From: the human T2T-CHM13v2.0 reference genome, Homo sapiens
DNA: 64,000 nt
Assembly: GCF_009914755.1 (NCBI RefSeq)
Contig: NC_060932.1
Reading direction: 5' to 3' (one strand)
A model generated the notes under the pieces. That model saw only the letters and a list, made by a program, of their open reading frames with translations. It was not told the origin of the DNA and did not search any database. Numbering within the stretch: position 1 is the first letter of the stretch; every line of letters starts with the position of its first letter. Shown in pieces: positions 1-14,985 of the stretch. Both the position numbers and the translations under genes were made by a program.

Positions 1-105
1 ATTATATCCACAAGGAGTCTTTTACCAAATAAGTTCATATCCACGGGTTCCAGTGTTTAGGACACCAATATGTTTTGGTTGGTCATCAGTCAACCCACTA
101 TAATG
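1..105 (-). mobile_element. MLT1-type MaLR LTR 5' fragment (cut by window edge)
   Basis: Reverse complement resembles the MLT1 start (...tcctaaacactggaacccgtggatatgaacttatttggtaaaag...). Confidence 0.5.
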
Positions 106-414
106 AGTTTCTTCCTGGGGATTCCCAGTGCCTTTGGAAATCAGGAATTTGTGAGGACCATGGTGGGTAAAGACCCTCAGATCAAAGTTACATCAGCCCA
201 CACAGTGGAGCTCGTGGATCTGCAGCAATGACCTGCCCCCAACTGGACGCCAATACATATAGTCTCAGGAGAGTCACTGGGATACAGAATGCCAGAATAA
301 AGAGAAGAGCTGCTATTTATAGAAGGCGTAGTGGGTAACAGGCAAGCTGCTAAATCATTATACACATTGCCTTTCATCCTTACAGACACTCTGTAATGTA
401 AGTAGCAAGTAAAC

Positions 415-565
415 TCCATCAATTACTAGCTGGGTGCCTTGAGACAAGTAAATTCTCTAAGCCTCAATTTCCTCACCTTAAATGAGTAATAATACGATCT
501 GCATTGAGAGGATCTTGTGAGATAAAGAAGAAAATGTATGGGAAATGCCTAGCACAGTGGCACAC
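415..565 (+). mobile_element. MIR fragment
   Basis: MIR core ...ctctaagcctcaatttcctcaccttaaatg...gcctagcacagtg. Confidence 0.7.
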
Positions 566-1241
566 ACAGACACACACAGTACGAACTGATATCATCATTA
601 CTCCTCTCTTTATTCAGTGTCACCATCTGGTTTTTTTAAATCAATGTTATATCTCCTTTCATAACAGCCACGACCCCAAAACCTTCTTAGGGTGTAAACA
701 GTAGTTATATACTTGGAGTGTTATTTTACATGCACGCAGGAAGTTTGTTGTTTCAAGGAACTCCTGGGGGACTCCTGCTGTAAGGCTTAAGATCCTCCGG
801 CAGCATGAATATGAATCTGCCAAGGTATCTACTCTACTCATTTGTATTCATGGTCATGTTCTAATTATTTAAGTGGGGCACAACTCCTGTCAGCTCAATG
901 AATCTGTGTTTTCCAGTCTTGGCTGTATTCAGTCCCACTGACTGGTTACCTCATTCTCTGATTCTAAGACAAAGCCTGAATTAATTTAGAATATTTTGGT
1001 TCTCCCAACCACTACAACATGACAGTACAAAGGGAAATTTTGAAGAAAATGAATTCTATTGTTAAAACAATGCCCAGGTGCAAAGAAATACAAATGCAGA
1101 CACACACAGAGAAGAACCACTTGCTCACATTTGATTCCACAAGCTTTTGGCAGGAGCCTGCATGGCGGGTGGGAAAGATCACAGGCTTTGGAGTCCAACA
1201 GCCCTGGGTTCAAATTTCAGCTCTCCCTATCCCAGTTGTGG

Positions 1242-1730
1242 TGTAAGGCCTAAAGTTAAGGATCAATATGGCGGGCTGCCTTGACATCTGGTGAAACTGG
1301 CAGGGCCTCAGATGGCCTAACTGAAAGTTCCCCTCCCTCCTCCGCTCCCATGGATAAGGCCCTCAGGCAAACAACCCTACCCATCATGACACCGGCCATG
1401 GTTCCTGCTTATCCCTAAATAGCGTGTTTCAGTTCCTCCTCCAACAGAGTTGTTAAAATAAGCCAATCAGATCCTCTTGTGGGAACCAGGGGGCACCCCC
1501 GCCAGTAAGCCTGCCTCTCACAGCCTGGTTTGCTCTCTGTGATCCCACATGCAATCCTCATGGGGACCAGCATGGCACGCAGTGTCCTCCCCCTGGGGCT
1601 GTGAGTATATGTGAAGAATAAACTATCGATCTCCCCCGTCCAGTGTCAGGTGTCATAGGTGCAGCCAATCCCATATCCCATAACTGTAGGGTGAAATCCT
1701 TCCCTCACCAATGGAATGATTAAAGCACCA
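1242..1730 (+). mobile_element. Solo ERV LTR (family not determined) interrupting a MIR
   Basis: Begins TGTAAGG, has an internal AATAAA (~1617) and ends near ...CACCA; MIR-like sequence (gccctgggttcaaat...) immediately upstream. Confidence 0.55.
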
Positions 1731-3600
1731 GCTGGTGTGCTGTATGAACTTTGCCATTCTCTGACCAATGGTTTTATCAATTTCTCCAAGGAAGAATAAA
1801 AACTTCCTTGCCAAGAACCAAAACACAAATTCCTATGGTCTCACTACAGGTACTCCCTGGTCCCCCAAAATAAACATTAAAGCAAGGAGATAAATAACCC
1901 TTGAGAGTGGATGGTTGATACATTCCCTCCCACTTCCTCACTTTCATGCATAAACAACACTTACATTCCTAAGAAGGGATAGGCTAGATCCCTTCTAACT
2001 CTAACATCATATGTGTTATTATTATTAACTAGTGGACAGTAGGGCACAGATTAAGACTATAAAGCTATCTACCTAAGAAACACAAACACATCAGCAAGAG
2101 AGTGGTGCTTGGTGCAGGAAGGGCAAAAAGAATGCATCTCACATGCAGAATCTAAATGATTGTTGCTGCCCCCTAAGCACTGTCTTGAGAAGGGTCCAGC
2201 AGCAGCAGGTCATGATTGATTAGTGATGCCTATGATTGATTTGTGATGTCTGCCATGGGCAGGGGTGTGGGCCAAGACAGCAGGCTGATGGCAGAGGTGC
2301 CCTTCTGCCTCTATGGGAGTAAGAGTACCAGTCTTGCACACAGAGCCCTAGGGTTCTAGTCAGTCTCCTTCTAGGCACCTCAGTCTCTGTCTGTAAAATG
2401 AGATAAATGAACTGATGATTTCTGGGATCTTACCCTCCTCTTTCTTGCCTGGTCTCCTTTAACGTAAGGAGTCACATCATGGTGAGGGACCTGGATGGGG
2501 TCACTGACCTCAGGAAGGAGAGAGAAGAAACCATACAGACCATGCTTTTGGCTAATTGTGTTTTTTTTCTGCCTGATAAACACTTAAAATCCTACCAGGT
2601 CTGACCCCAAAGAAAGTCTCAGAAGCAAAGGAATTGCTGTAAGCTGCATTTGCTCTCTGCAACAGCAATTTAAGATGTAAAAATAACAGCCTTTGTTCCA
2701 GCAAGGCCTGGGATCTGGGCAGCAAAACCAAAGAAACCAAGGCCTATGCTGGGGCTCTGTGTGGGCTCTCTCCAGAATTACCTGGTGAGGTGGAGCTCCC
2801 CAGCTCTGCCACAGGCAAGAGGAAGACCGGGGGTAAAGCCACAACCTCTTCTCCAAGGAGCAACTGAAACAGCAGCTGAGCACAGGAAGAGAAAATGGCC
2901 CAGGTTGGTGTCTCTTCATAAAGAGGCCCAGATCTCTTTTCAATAAAATGGCCTTTAATCGCTTTAAAGATTTTATTAAAAATTCCCCATGGACCAATTA
3001 TCGGCAATGCTTCCTAGCCACGATCTATCTAGCAATCATACCCAAGTCTTATGCCTTCGCCTGCAGATGCTCCCGGGCCTGCTGTCTCTCCTTGTCTTCC
3101 CAGTGCATCAGTCTCTGTGTCTCTGATTCTGATTATGTATATGTCCCCATCTCAGGCCTTGTCCCTCTGCAACTCTGTCTCTCTCGACTTCTCGGTCTCT
3201 GCACCTCTGCTCTCTCAATACCCATCTTCCTCTTTGAAACTGTCCTCCTCTTTTTCTCCATCTGGCACACTCTGTCTCTCTCTTTGTGCCATTCTCCTAC
3301 CACCCCCTCCTCTTTAAGATCTTCTTTTTCTCTAGACAGAGTCCTGCTGTCTAGGCATTCTTCTCATTCTTTCTGCCTTAAAGAAGTCTTTTCCAACATG
3401 AAATGCCTGCTGTAGCCAGACAAAAATTCTTTGGAAGCACACCCTCTCAACCACTTTTGCATAAGGCAACTTATTTGAAAAACATTATTACCATAATTAA
3501 CAAAAACAATTTAAAACCGCAATCAGCCTCTGGTCCCTGGAAGCAGCACATAGAAATTAGTCAGTATTCTCTCCTTGCCCCCAGAACCCAGGAGAAAATT

Positions 3601-3641
3601 CACACACACACACATACACACACATACAGAGAGAGAGAGAG
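3601..3641. repeat. Compound (CA)n(GA)n microsatellite
   Basis: cacacacacacacatacacacacatacagagagagagagag. Confidence 0.9.
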
Positions 3642-4637
3642 CACTTTCTACCCTTCACTACAAATGGTGAACACTTAAAATGCTACCAAATTTGTGATTT
3701 CTTTTATTAGGTTTTAAAAATATAAGATACAGCAAGCTATACCTCTGTTAAACTGTATACGTACATTTACATTTTATAAAGCTATTTAGCATATGCCTCG
3801 CCAGGAGCACTACTTAAGTGCAGTTTAGAGCACCTTTCCAGTTGGCACAAAATTATATTCACTCAGTTACATAAGCAGATATTAAGCATCCATTGTTTGG
3901 GGGAGGTTGACATATGAAAAAGAGACCACCCTTCCTCTAAAGGTATGTAAACACTGAGGGAGGAAACAAACCTCCAAACAGAACATCACGTATAATAAAG
4001 GTAGTAATAGAAGGGACACCTGAGGGAGGTAAGCAGGAACGACACAATGACTTCCAAGCTTAGTTCCCGAAGGACGGGATAGCCATTCCAGACCATCAAC
4101 TAGGGGAAGACATTGGCACTTGGAGCAATGCCAAACTTTGAATTAATGCTTTATATTTTTCAAAACATTATTTGTAAGTACCTTCCCCAGCATTCATGTT
4201 TTGATCCTCATAAGCACAGTGCCAGGCAGGTTGCAGGCACCTGATGCAAGTTTGTCAACCACTAATGAAGAAGTGGATGACCTGGTCATCTCTGGGTGAG
4301 CAGGCATCTTGTCTCCTTATCATTGCAGGCTTAACAGCTAGCCCATGGGTGGTTCCAAGTGCACCTCCCATACATGTGCACTGAATGAATCTCTGGGCGA
4401 GGCAGAACTGGAGGCATCAGTAGCTCTATATGACAGATGATAAAACTAAGACAGAAAAGATAATCCCATGGCCACGGTCATCTAGCTAATTAGGAAAGCT
4501 GTTGAAAACAGATGAGCATTCATCCACTCTGAGATTCCATCCATCCAATACATGCATTATTCTCTTAAGCATTTCTAGATCCATCTCAAAGTTTTACCTC
4601 GCTGTCATGTCAATAAATAGAAGAAGAAAGAGCCCTA

Positions 4638-5008
<371 letters not shown>

Positions 5009-8000
5009 TTAGACCACTTCCAGAATCAAGTGCTCTAGTTCATTCATTCATTCATTCATTCAAAAAGTGTTTTCTCATTCTCAGACACCTACTCCCTCCC
5101 ACACCCTGGGCCAAGAACTGGGCAGAGAGGCCTAGGGGTTGCCCTTTCCCTGAGCAGCTGACTGTCATTCCAAAACCATCTCAACCAGAGAGGCCTCTTG
5201 GTTCTTTCATGAGCTGTCTCTTCACAGAAATTATGTTTAGTGTGTGCTTTAGATTTAGATTTCCACCCAGATCTTCCTGTATAAGCATCAGGTGAAGTTA
5301 GTTTAACAAAGACTAGCCTCGTTCCCATCCAAGACCAAGTAAATAATAATCTCTAAGGTGAAGAAAAGATAAAAATGGGGCATTAGAAATTTTAAAAGGG
5401 CCCAAGCAATTCTCACAAGCAGGCCCTTCAGAAGTGACCAAACCAAGCATTTCTGTCATGTCTCAATAATGTGGTAGAGAAAGGTCACTGAGTCAGGAGC
5501 CAAAGGTCCCTGTGCCAGCCCTGGGTGTCCCACCAACCTGCTACATGATGTTGAGCAGGTCATTTCCTTCCACTGGGCTCCATTTTCTCCTGTGTGAAAT
5601 CAAGTGTTGAGCTAATGGATCCATCAGCGGGGCCTTCCCGACTGTCCTAGACCATGAGTCTGTGCAAGTTCTGATCCATTTTTAAACCACTCCTTTCCTG
5701 AAGATGAACTTCTGCAGCAGTGAGGAAACCGGTCATCACCAGGAGTTCCTCCCCATGCAGACAGACAATGAGTCTATTTCGGAAACAGAAAGTGTTTGCT
5801 CAGCGCAGTGTACCTCTCCCTACAGGACAGAAACGGGAAGATATTTCCATTTAAACTCTCAAAAGCTAATAAATGAACACATCTCAGTGGTGGTTCCGTT
5901 TGTCCTTCCTCAACACCTTCCAACATGTTTGTCCCTGATGTCTCCTTGGGACGTCAGTAAAAGGGGGCTCAATAGAGTCGCTCAGCATTGCTGTTCCTCA
6001 AGCGTCCATATCCTTCTCTGGCTGCCAACCTGGGGGTTCACTCACTCCTTCCAATTTTCCCTTCTCCCAAGAATACGCTGGACAATGGCAATCTCCTGGT
6101 AATCCCCTGGCTTTGTGTCTAAGAGCAGCTCCTCATCTTCCATCTTTGATTGCACTAGGCTCCAGAACCTTCTCCAAGCAGTGCCAAGCCCAGCTCATCC
6201 CAGCCTCCTGGAGGCCTCTTGCATCCCTTGAAACCCCAAACACCACGCATCAGGACCCATGTTCCCTACTCTCCCTAGGAGAGTTTGTCCTTGTCACTGA
6301 TGTGGACCATTCCCATGTGTCACTAGCCGGGGAGAGGATCTCCCTTCCCTCCTGCTGCTACTCACATCAGAATCACATTGTCCCACAGGATCTGGAGGCA
6401 CTGGGGATGGTAAGAGTGAGTCTTTCAGTTCCAGGCTTGATTCTTGCTGCAACGTTCCAGTAAAACGCCCATCCAGATTCCACCTCCTCAGAGTCGGGGG
6501 ACACACAGGCATCCCTGGCCAGCTCTGGTCTCTAGGGAGGTCGGTGATGTCCCTGAATCTCCTGGGCCAGCTCATCTCAGAGCTCAGAGCTCAGCGGGAG
6601 TCTATCCAGAAAGGCAGGGCCAGCCTCTTCTGTCTCACTGACCCATGGAGCCTGGCTCACCTGAGAGAGGACCCCATGTAAACATATGTATGGGTTGAAC
6701 TGTGGTTGGTGTGGTCCTTACCAGGTGGCTCCAGGGCCCCCAGACTGGGAGAAGACAGAAATAAACAGTGCTTTCAGGGTGAAACATCTGGGGATTCTTC
6801 ACTGTCATGGCCTTATTGAAATTGTTTTCATCGTTCCCGCTGGGACCTAGACAAGCAACTCCCTGGGTAGTATCCCAACTTACATGGAGATCCCAGACAG
6901 AAGCACACTTAGGCCAGCCCTGTGCTCCCCACCCAGGCACCTGCTGAACTCTTTCCATCCATGATCTTTGACTGGGTCCGGGGGCCTGGATTCACACCTC
7001 ATTGATAAAACCTAACTGCAGCCTTGTGCAAGTGTCCTCACAGCTCTAGGCATCAATATTGGCTTCTCCAAAGCAATTTAAAGCACATCTCCCTCAGAGG
7101 GTTGTTATGAGGGATCATTGAGAACCACAGGTACAACACTTTCTGATTTCATTTAACTGAATTTGATGCTTGTCCAAAGTTTTCCTATTAATTCTCCATT
7201 GACTCAAAACAGAAATTCACATCCCCAGGGGACCACTTCATACTTGTCATCATATCAGCAGCACCTGGGATGGGATGGGGCACTTGGCAGGCCCTCAGTG
7301 CACGTTTGCAGAGTGAATTGGAATCGAATTAATCAGGATCAGGGAAATAATCCATGGCAACTCAACTCTCCAGTGGTAGAGATATGACCAGCTAAGACAT
7401 CTAGGGCCTAAGGCAGAAAATGAATACGGCAAAAAAAAAAAAACCTGGAACATAACAAAACTATGATCTGTCAAAATATTGGACAATGTTTTCAAGTCCA
7501 GAGGTTAAAACAATCAAAAATGTATTAAATACATTAAAGTTGAACACTCTGGGTTGAAGGACATGCACAATTTTCTGTATTCCAGTATAATAGCTTCACT
7601 AGCCTCCTAACTCATCTCCTTCCTTAAGAGGCTTGCCTTTCCATTCCAAACTCGACTCCACAGGCAGAGTGACCCTTCCAGTGCAAAGCCAGTTCTCTCA
7701 CTCCACTGCTGAAACATTCCCTACTCTGTTAACAGGACTTAGGACTCCATTCATCATCTAGGTCCTGCCTACTTCTTCCCCCTCACATCCTATCTCTGTC
7801 ATCCACTCTGGACACACTGCACTTACCAAGCAATATTGCAATCCTTCACTTAAAAATGCCTGTCTTCTTCACCAGAATAAAAGCTTCACGAGGGCAAGAA
7901 TTAGTAGGATGTCTTTCTTGTGCCAGGCACAGGTCAAGAGCTGAAGGAGAATTTGGTGAACAAATGCCCCAGTTCATGCTAAGAATAATTTGCCACCACT

Positions 8001-8260
8001 TGAAGAGAACACACAAACAGACACGGCAACTACATAACGCCAAATTCTGGGTTAGATAAAATCACAAATGGTCTTTCCTACATGGTAGATGAAGAATCCC
8101 CATTCTGAGTTATCATAATTATTGACCTGTTCAATGCCCAAAGAAATTGGGGTCAAAGAATCTTACCATATTGGAGGAGAATTGGAGGAGGCCTCCTGAA
8201 TTCTCCAGGAGGTTACCTCATACTTTATTGTGAGTGTCTGGATTGGAAATGTCCTAGAAG

Positions 8261-8336
8261 TCAACCCCACTCATCTGGATCATTAGCCCCTCCCAGTTCA
8301 ACCCCACTCATCTGGATCATTAGCCCCTCCCAGTTC
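8261..8336. repeat. Perfect 37-bp tandem duplication
   Basis: tcaaccccactcatctggatcattagcccctcccagt at 8261-8297 and 8298-8334. Confidence 0.95.
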
Positions 8337-8480
8337 CTAATTCAATGAAAAGCCACCACTAGCCATTCTGTTCATGAAAAACAACCCCTGACTGATGTGT
8401 GAGTTTGTTCTGACCCAGCAGAGAAGGACTGGGAACAGCCAGATGTTTCTCCATTTCCTTTTGTATCTGCTTTCTTTTCA

Positions 8481-9357
<877 letters not shown>

Positions 9358-10794
9358 TCAGTCTTTCCATCATCCATCTCCTCCTCTGTTTTTCTTTGTA
9401 GGTTTTATCACTGCTTAACATACTATTAACATTGTCTTACATTTTATATCTATCACCTGCCTGCCACTCCTAACTAGAATGTACAATCTATGAATGAAGA
9501 GGTTATTTTTTCTCTTTTGCTCACAGATCTATTCCAAGCACCTAGAACAGTGGCTGGCACATAGTAGATGCTGGAAAAATACTTTCTGAATGAATGAGTC
9601 AGTTCATGTGGTCAACCTTCTCAGGTAGGTATTTTTATCTCCATTAGATAAAAGAGAAAATGGAGGCTTAGAGAAGTTAAACTATTTTTGGAGATGATGC
9701 CCCAAACTCAAAAGTTTTAAGCAAAATCAAAATGATGTGAATGCAGGAAACTTCAGAGCCATCTCAGATAAGACCAGGAGCTTATAGGACGCTAGAGAGC
9801 AATAGTTAGACATGGGCAAGGAAGAATCATGTAGTCAGTATCAAATGTTGTCCACTATGGATGGCAAATGCTGAAAGAGGTAAGAGAAAAATGGATTTGT
9901 GAGCCATGGAAACAACAGAAGGCCTCAGAAAGGAGGTGACCCCGGAAGAGGCTGCCTCTTAAAGGCTAGGTAGGGGTCATTATTACTTGAAACCAATTTG
10001 AACCTCTGTAAATTTTTCTGAGTCTGAACAGTTTCTGGCCCCAAAGTTCAGCTCTCTTAAACCTATAGCCTACCATAGAAAGGATTCATTCATTCTATAC
10101 ACATTTACTGAGCAGCCACCTAGGTCAGGGGTGCTGCCTCAGTGCTGAGCATGCAAGGATGAACCAGCACAGGCCTGGGTGGGGGACAGCAGCCCCTACA
10201 CTGACAGTTAAGAAAGGATGTGAGAAGTTCAAGGAGCATGCCCAGGACCTCCTGGACCCAATGCTCCCACTGATCATTATTCTCTTTGTTTTATTTTATT
10301 TGATTATTTATCAGTGTATTCACATTTACAGACACAATAGATGCTCAAATATTCTGTGGAATGTAACAGTGAGTAAAGGAATGGTACAAGAACAGGTCTG
10401 GGGTCGTTCCAGCAACTGAAGCTCAGAGCCACCGTGCCAGCCGACCAGTTCAGCCAGAGGCGGGGAGGGATCTCCTTACAGCTAAGGAACTAAAGCTCAG
10501 AGAGCTTAAGGAATCACTCAGCAAGCATGGGAATCAGGATATTAACCTCCATCTGTGCGACCTTAACCTCTGTAGACTGCCTTTGGTGCATTCAATTTTC
10601 AAAGCACCTTTGGGGGATATGTTTGTTATCTCTGCTTTATTGATAAAGGAGCTGAGAGTAATTAGCCCAAAATCAAACTGCGTTCAAACCTAGACCGAGT
10701 AGTGAACAGGAGCTCAAGGAAGTAGCGAGAGAGCAAGCATAGACCATTTTTTTCTTCTTTTCCAAATTAAAATTTATATTTATATTTATTTAAT

Positions 10795-10902
10795 TATTTT
10801 ATTTTATTAAGATGAGGTCTCACTATGTTGCCCTGGCTGGTCTCAAACTCCTGATCTCAAACAATCCTCCCAAAGTGCTGGGATTACAGGTGTGGGCCAC
10901 CA
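10795..10902 (-). mobile_element. Alu monomer/fragment (FLAM/AluJ-like)
   Basis: gatgaggtctcactatgttgccctggctggtctcaaactcctg...cccaaagtgctgggattacagg. Confidence 0.8.
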
Positions 10903-12072
10903 TTTTTTCAAGAACCTCAGGGCGGAAGGCTCTCAGCCTTTATTCACCCCCTAGTCTTGTCCTCATCATTTGGCATTGCAGCCAAGTTTGTATTGCCCCG
11001 CCAGCTTCCACGGTCCTGCCCCAGCTCTGCCAGGGTTGGCCCCTGAAAGAGAGGCAGTGTCCAAATTTATTAAATGGCTTTTTTAAAACATCTCATAATG
11101 ATTACATATTTTTCCATGAAATTTCCTTGCCTTCATTCCAGGAAAAGCATTAATTATGGTCTATAATCAAGATTTTCATGTAATATGCACTCTGTTGACA
11201 TAATGCCAGATAAAACAACCTTTTTTGAATTAATGTAGTTTCTTAGTTTTTAATTAACTTTAATGTGGAGAAGGGAATTATCAATAAAATTGTAAATACT
11301 TAGGTTTGGAAATGAACCTTAATTTTCACATTACCACATTGAAACACTATAAGAGAGTTACATATATAACCTGTTATATCACAGAAGATGCTATAAAATT
11401 TTTTAACTTGATCATATAAATCACCATCACTAATAAACATTTTCAATATTTCTTAAGCAGTATCTAGATCCATGCGGAATACCTCAAGTTCTTTTGAATT
11501 TTAATGCTTGTACATTATGAGAAAAACTGAAAACAGCAGTATGTTGTTCGACTTTGTTTAAATCTCTCTTCAAATGATACCATACCTTACCTTACAATGA
11601 ATGAAAAAACAGCTTCTGTAGACACTAACTAGTTTGGGGATTATTTGTACAGGAATCTTCTTCAGGCCAGGCAAATATTTTTGTTTCTTTGTTTCAATGT
11701 CCTTATATTTTACTGGAATTTCATTTTTGCTATGTATTTCACGTGAGGTTTTGAGTTTGTTTCTCCACACTTTTAAAGACTCATTTTTAATCCTTAAGAA
11801 GTAAAATAGCCAAACTGAAATAATTTTTTAAATTGTGCCAGGAGGATCAGGAAGCCACAGAGAAAACCCTTGGTAGTGGTTAGTTCTCCCTGGGCTCAGT
11901 CCTCAGAAGGTAGGGCTGGAAGGGACCTTTTGGGGGTCGCAGATTTCCACCCACTTACTCCAGGCAGCCCAGGTGTCTCTTGTCTTTGGCCTGCTGTCAT
12001 TTTCAGGACAGGCTTTTCAGGAGTTGGACTAATCTTTTGTGCCAGTTTGCTTCTCTTAAGAGTGGGGTGGTG

Positions 12073-12393
12073 GGCCGGGCGCGGTGGCTCACGCCTGTAA
12101 TCCCAGCACTTTGGGAGGCCGAGGCGGGCGGATCACGAGGTCAGGAGATCGAGACCATCCTGGCTAACACGGTGAAACCCCGTCTCTACTAAAAATACAA
12201 AAAATTAGCCGGGCGAGGTGGCGGGCACCTGTAGTCCCAGCTACTCGGGAGGCTGAGGCAGGAGAATGGCGTGAACCCCAGGGGGCGGAGCCTGCAGTGA
12301 GCCGAGATTGCGCCACTGCACTCCAGCCTGGGCGACAGCGAGACTCCGTCTCAAAAAAAAAAATAAAAATAAAAAATAAAAAAAATAAAAAAA
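12073..12393 (+). mobile_element. AluY, Ye5-like
   Basis: GGGCGAGGTGG, extra C in GAACCCC, GGGGGCGGAGCCTGC and GGGCGACAGCGAGAC (2-nt deletion); perfect 15-bp TSD AAGAGTGGGGTGGTG at 12058-12072 and 12394-12408. Confidence 0.88.
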
Positions 12394-13195
12394 AAGAGTG
12401 GGGTGGTGTAGGGGACAGGCCTAAGGTTTTAGTTCTGGCATCCACTCATGGCTGGTCTCTGTGCCTCAGTTTCCAAAAATATGAGATGGGGACAGTGGTT
12501 CCTCTCCTGCCTCCCTTGCAGGTGAACATGGAATACTGAATGTGCCTGTTCTTTGAAAAGCTAAGTGTCTATTTCTAACATTTAATGTATTAATTTAGTT
12601 TACACATAGAAATTTAATACTCTGCATATGTGTTCATTTAGAAATATTTCTAATTTGCCATACTCGTTTGGTGAAACCATTTATTCTTTGATATCACTGT
12701 TTCTGATGCCTCTATACACTCTAATTCCTCAACTCAGTTTTCCAGAGCATCCTGTATTCTCATGCACCGTATTTTCATACATCTAGGTTGCTTGGGAGAG
12801 ATACATCTTTTGAAGCCATCCGTGATGCTGTCACTGAAAACTCTGTCCCAGGCCCCAAATACCCATCCATCTTTGAGGATCCTTACACTATAACCACTAA
12901 CTCTACTGAGGTTTTTCTTTCATAGATCTTTAAAATAATTGTTCACAGCAGTTTAACTTGCATTTGTAAGAACATTGCCCCAGGAAAAATGATTTAATCC
13001 ATTAAGCAGCTTTGTGTGTGTGCATGAAGCCAATTCCATTGAGTGACTGCTACAAGTGTCTAAAACTAGCACTACTATGTTTATATCACAGGCAAATGTG
13101 CCCCTTCCTCAAAGAACCTGTTGTAACCTGTTGTCACAAAATAAAACAACTGAGATGGTGCCACATAATAAAAATTTTGTAAGGACTCAATTATT

Positions 13196-13296
13196 AGGTG
13201 ATTCTTCTTATGAGAAATACATTTAGGAAAAACTGCTTTCTATTATAAGGTGATTCTTCTTATGAGAAATACATTCAGGAAAATTTGCTTTCTATT
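13196..13296. repeat. Imperfect 52-bp-period tandem duplication
   Basis: aggtgattcttcttatgagaaatacatt(t/c)aggaaaa(ac/tt)tgctttctatt at 13196-13244 and 13248-13296. Confidence 0.9.
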
Positions 13297-14519
13297 CAAG
13301 TCTGTATTATATAAGACTAGAATTCCTGCCTCTTTCAGGTCCTCAGATACACTGAAGTCTCCTTCTGACATTTGGACCAAGCTGTCTCAATCCTTGGAGC
13401 TCCTGGGCTGCTTCCAAATGCAGTAGAAAACAGTGGCAGGATTTAAGGTCTCTGCCCCGATCCCACCCTGCCCATTCCTCCTTCTATCTGAGGAACTTAG
13501 GGACTCCACTGGGCCCTCTATTATTTTCCTGAGGAAGAGTTCTGCCTGATTTCTCTGTGGTCTGTGATGACCAACAGGAGATGTGCTCAGAACCCAGAGG
13601 CCCTGGCCAGGCTCCTTACCCAAGGGAACCCCTGCAACGTGTGGGTGCGGCTGCTTGGTGATGGACCAGTAACATCTCTGAGAGTGATGATGGATGGTGG
13701 TCAGCTGCTAGGAGAGCCCTGGCTTGGGTGGTCTGGTCATTCTCTGTGGCGCTCATGGAGAAAAACTAATACTGTGGAAAGAGACAGCGAGACTGAGCTC
13801 AGGTCAATGAAAGGAAATGTGGTCAGCGTAAGACTCTCTAAGGATAGCTGCCGTGTGTTGTTCCCTATCACTAAGAAGGTTCATGAACAGTCTAGGCTAC
13901 AACTCTCAGGGCTCTTGAAGAAGAGATTCAAGCATTGCATGTGGACTTCTATGAAGTGACCTTAAGGTCCATTCCAGCCAGATGTAACATTTTGTTTAAC
14001 CATTTCCAGCCTGGCTGAACATTCTGCTATCTAGTGGCAGTCTTCAGCCGCAGTGTGACGGAGGCCAAAAGCAGTTTCTCTTTGTACCTTATTTTCTGAA
14101 GAAATCCTATAACCCTGGATGACCCAAATACCCATCCCACTTACGCCAGCTCCCAATACCCCCATACTTCCTACCAAGCTTTATGCCGAACCAATTTTTT
14201 CATCTGGGTTTAGATTTCCCACATCCCTAACCCATTCTGGCAAAGTCAAGATTTACCCCTGCTGAGTAACATGACTTCTGGACTGAGCGGCAAACTCATC
14301 AGGATAAACCAGACTCCGGAAATTCAATTCATCCCAGCAAACCTTTTTGAAGTCTACTGCACAATTATAAATCTAAGTTTCAGTGCCCATTTTAAAGATG
14401 GAAGGCTCAGAGAGATGAAGAGCCACAGTCTCCCAGCAGTTAGGCAGCAGGACCGCGGCTTCATGGCAAGCCCCCTGACTCCCCAGCAGGACTTCTCACT
14501 GAGAAAGAAGGTGCTTCCA

Positions 14520-14985
14520 TTAAAGCCTCCATTAAAGATATTCATGTTTTAACCCCCAGAATCTGTGCTATGCTAGGTTACATGGCAAAGGGGAGTCAAG
14601 GTTGCTGAAGGAACAAAGTATGGTAATCAGCTGACCCTAAAGAGATGATTCCAGATTACCTAGGTGGGCCCAACACAGCCACAAGGTTCCTTTCCAGCAG
14701 AGGAGGGGGCAGAGAGGAGTCAGAGTGAGAGAGAGATTGTGCTGCTGGCTTTCATGATGGTAGAAGGAGCCATGAGCTGAGGAATGCAGGTAGCCTCAAA
14801 AGCTGGAAAAAGCAGGGTAACAGGTTCTCTCCAGAGTCCAGAAGGGACACAGCCCTGCTGACACCTTGTTTTACCCCAGTGAGACCTATTTTGGACTTCT
14901 GACCTTCAGACATGTAAAATAACAAATTTACACTGCTTTAAGCTGCTAAATTTGTGGTAATTTGTTACACAGAAGTAGGAAACTA
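14520..14985 (+). mobile_element. MLT1 (MaLR) solo LTR, MLT1D-like
   Basis: Typical MLT1 motifs: atggcaaagggga...aggttgc, ctgctgacaccttg, and terminal aagctgctaaatttgtggtaatttgttac. Confidence 0.8.

Noticed and set aside
2948-3415. 155-aa ORF
   Set aside because: CT-rich low-complexity sequence, antisense to KCNQ3, with no homology recognised.
6655-6670. Possible recursive splice site (ctctctcAG|GTGAGC) on the KCNQ3 strand
   Set aside because: The polypyrimidine tract is short, and such motifs are expected by chance in 55 kb.
11040-11830. AT-rich block, possibly an old DNA transposon fragment
   Set aside because: No terminal inverted repeats or family motif could be identified by eye.
14024-14038. 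CTCF-like motif (CCACTAGATAGCAG on the minus strand)
   Set aside because: Mismatch at a high-information core G; cannot be supported without ChIP data.
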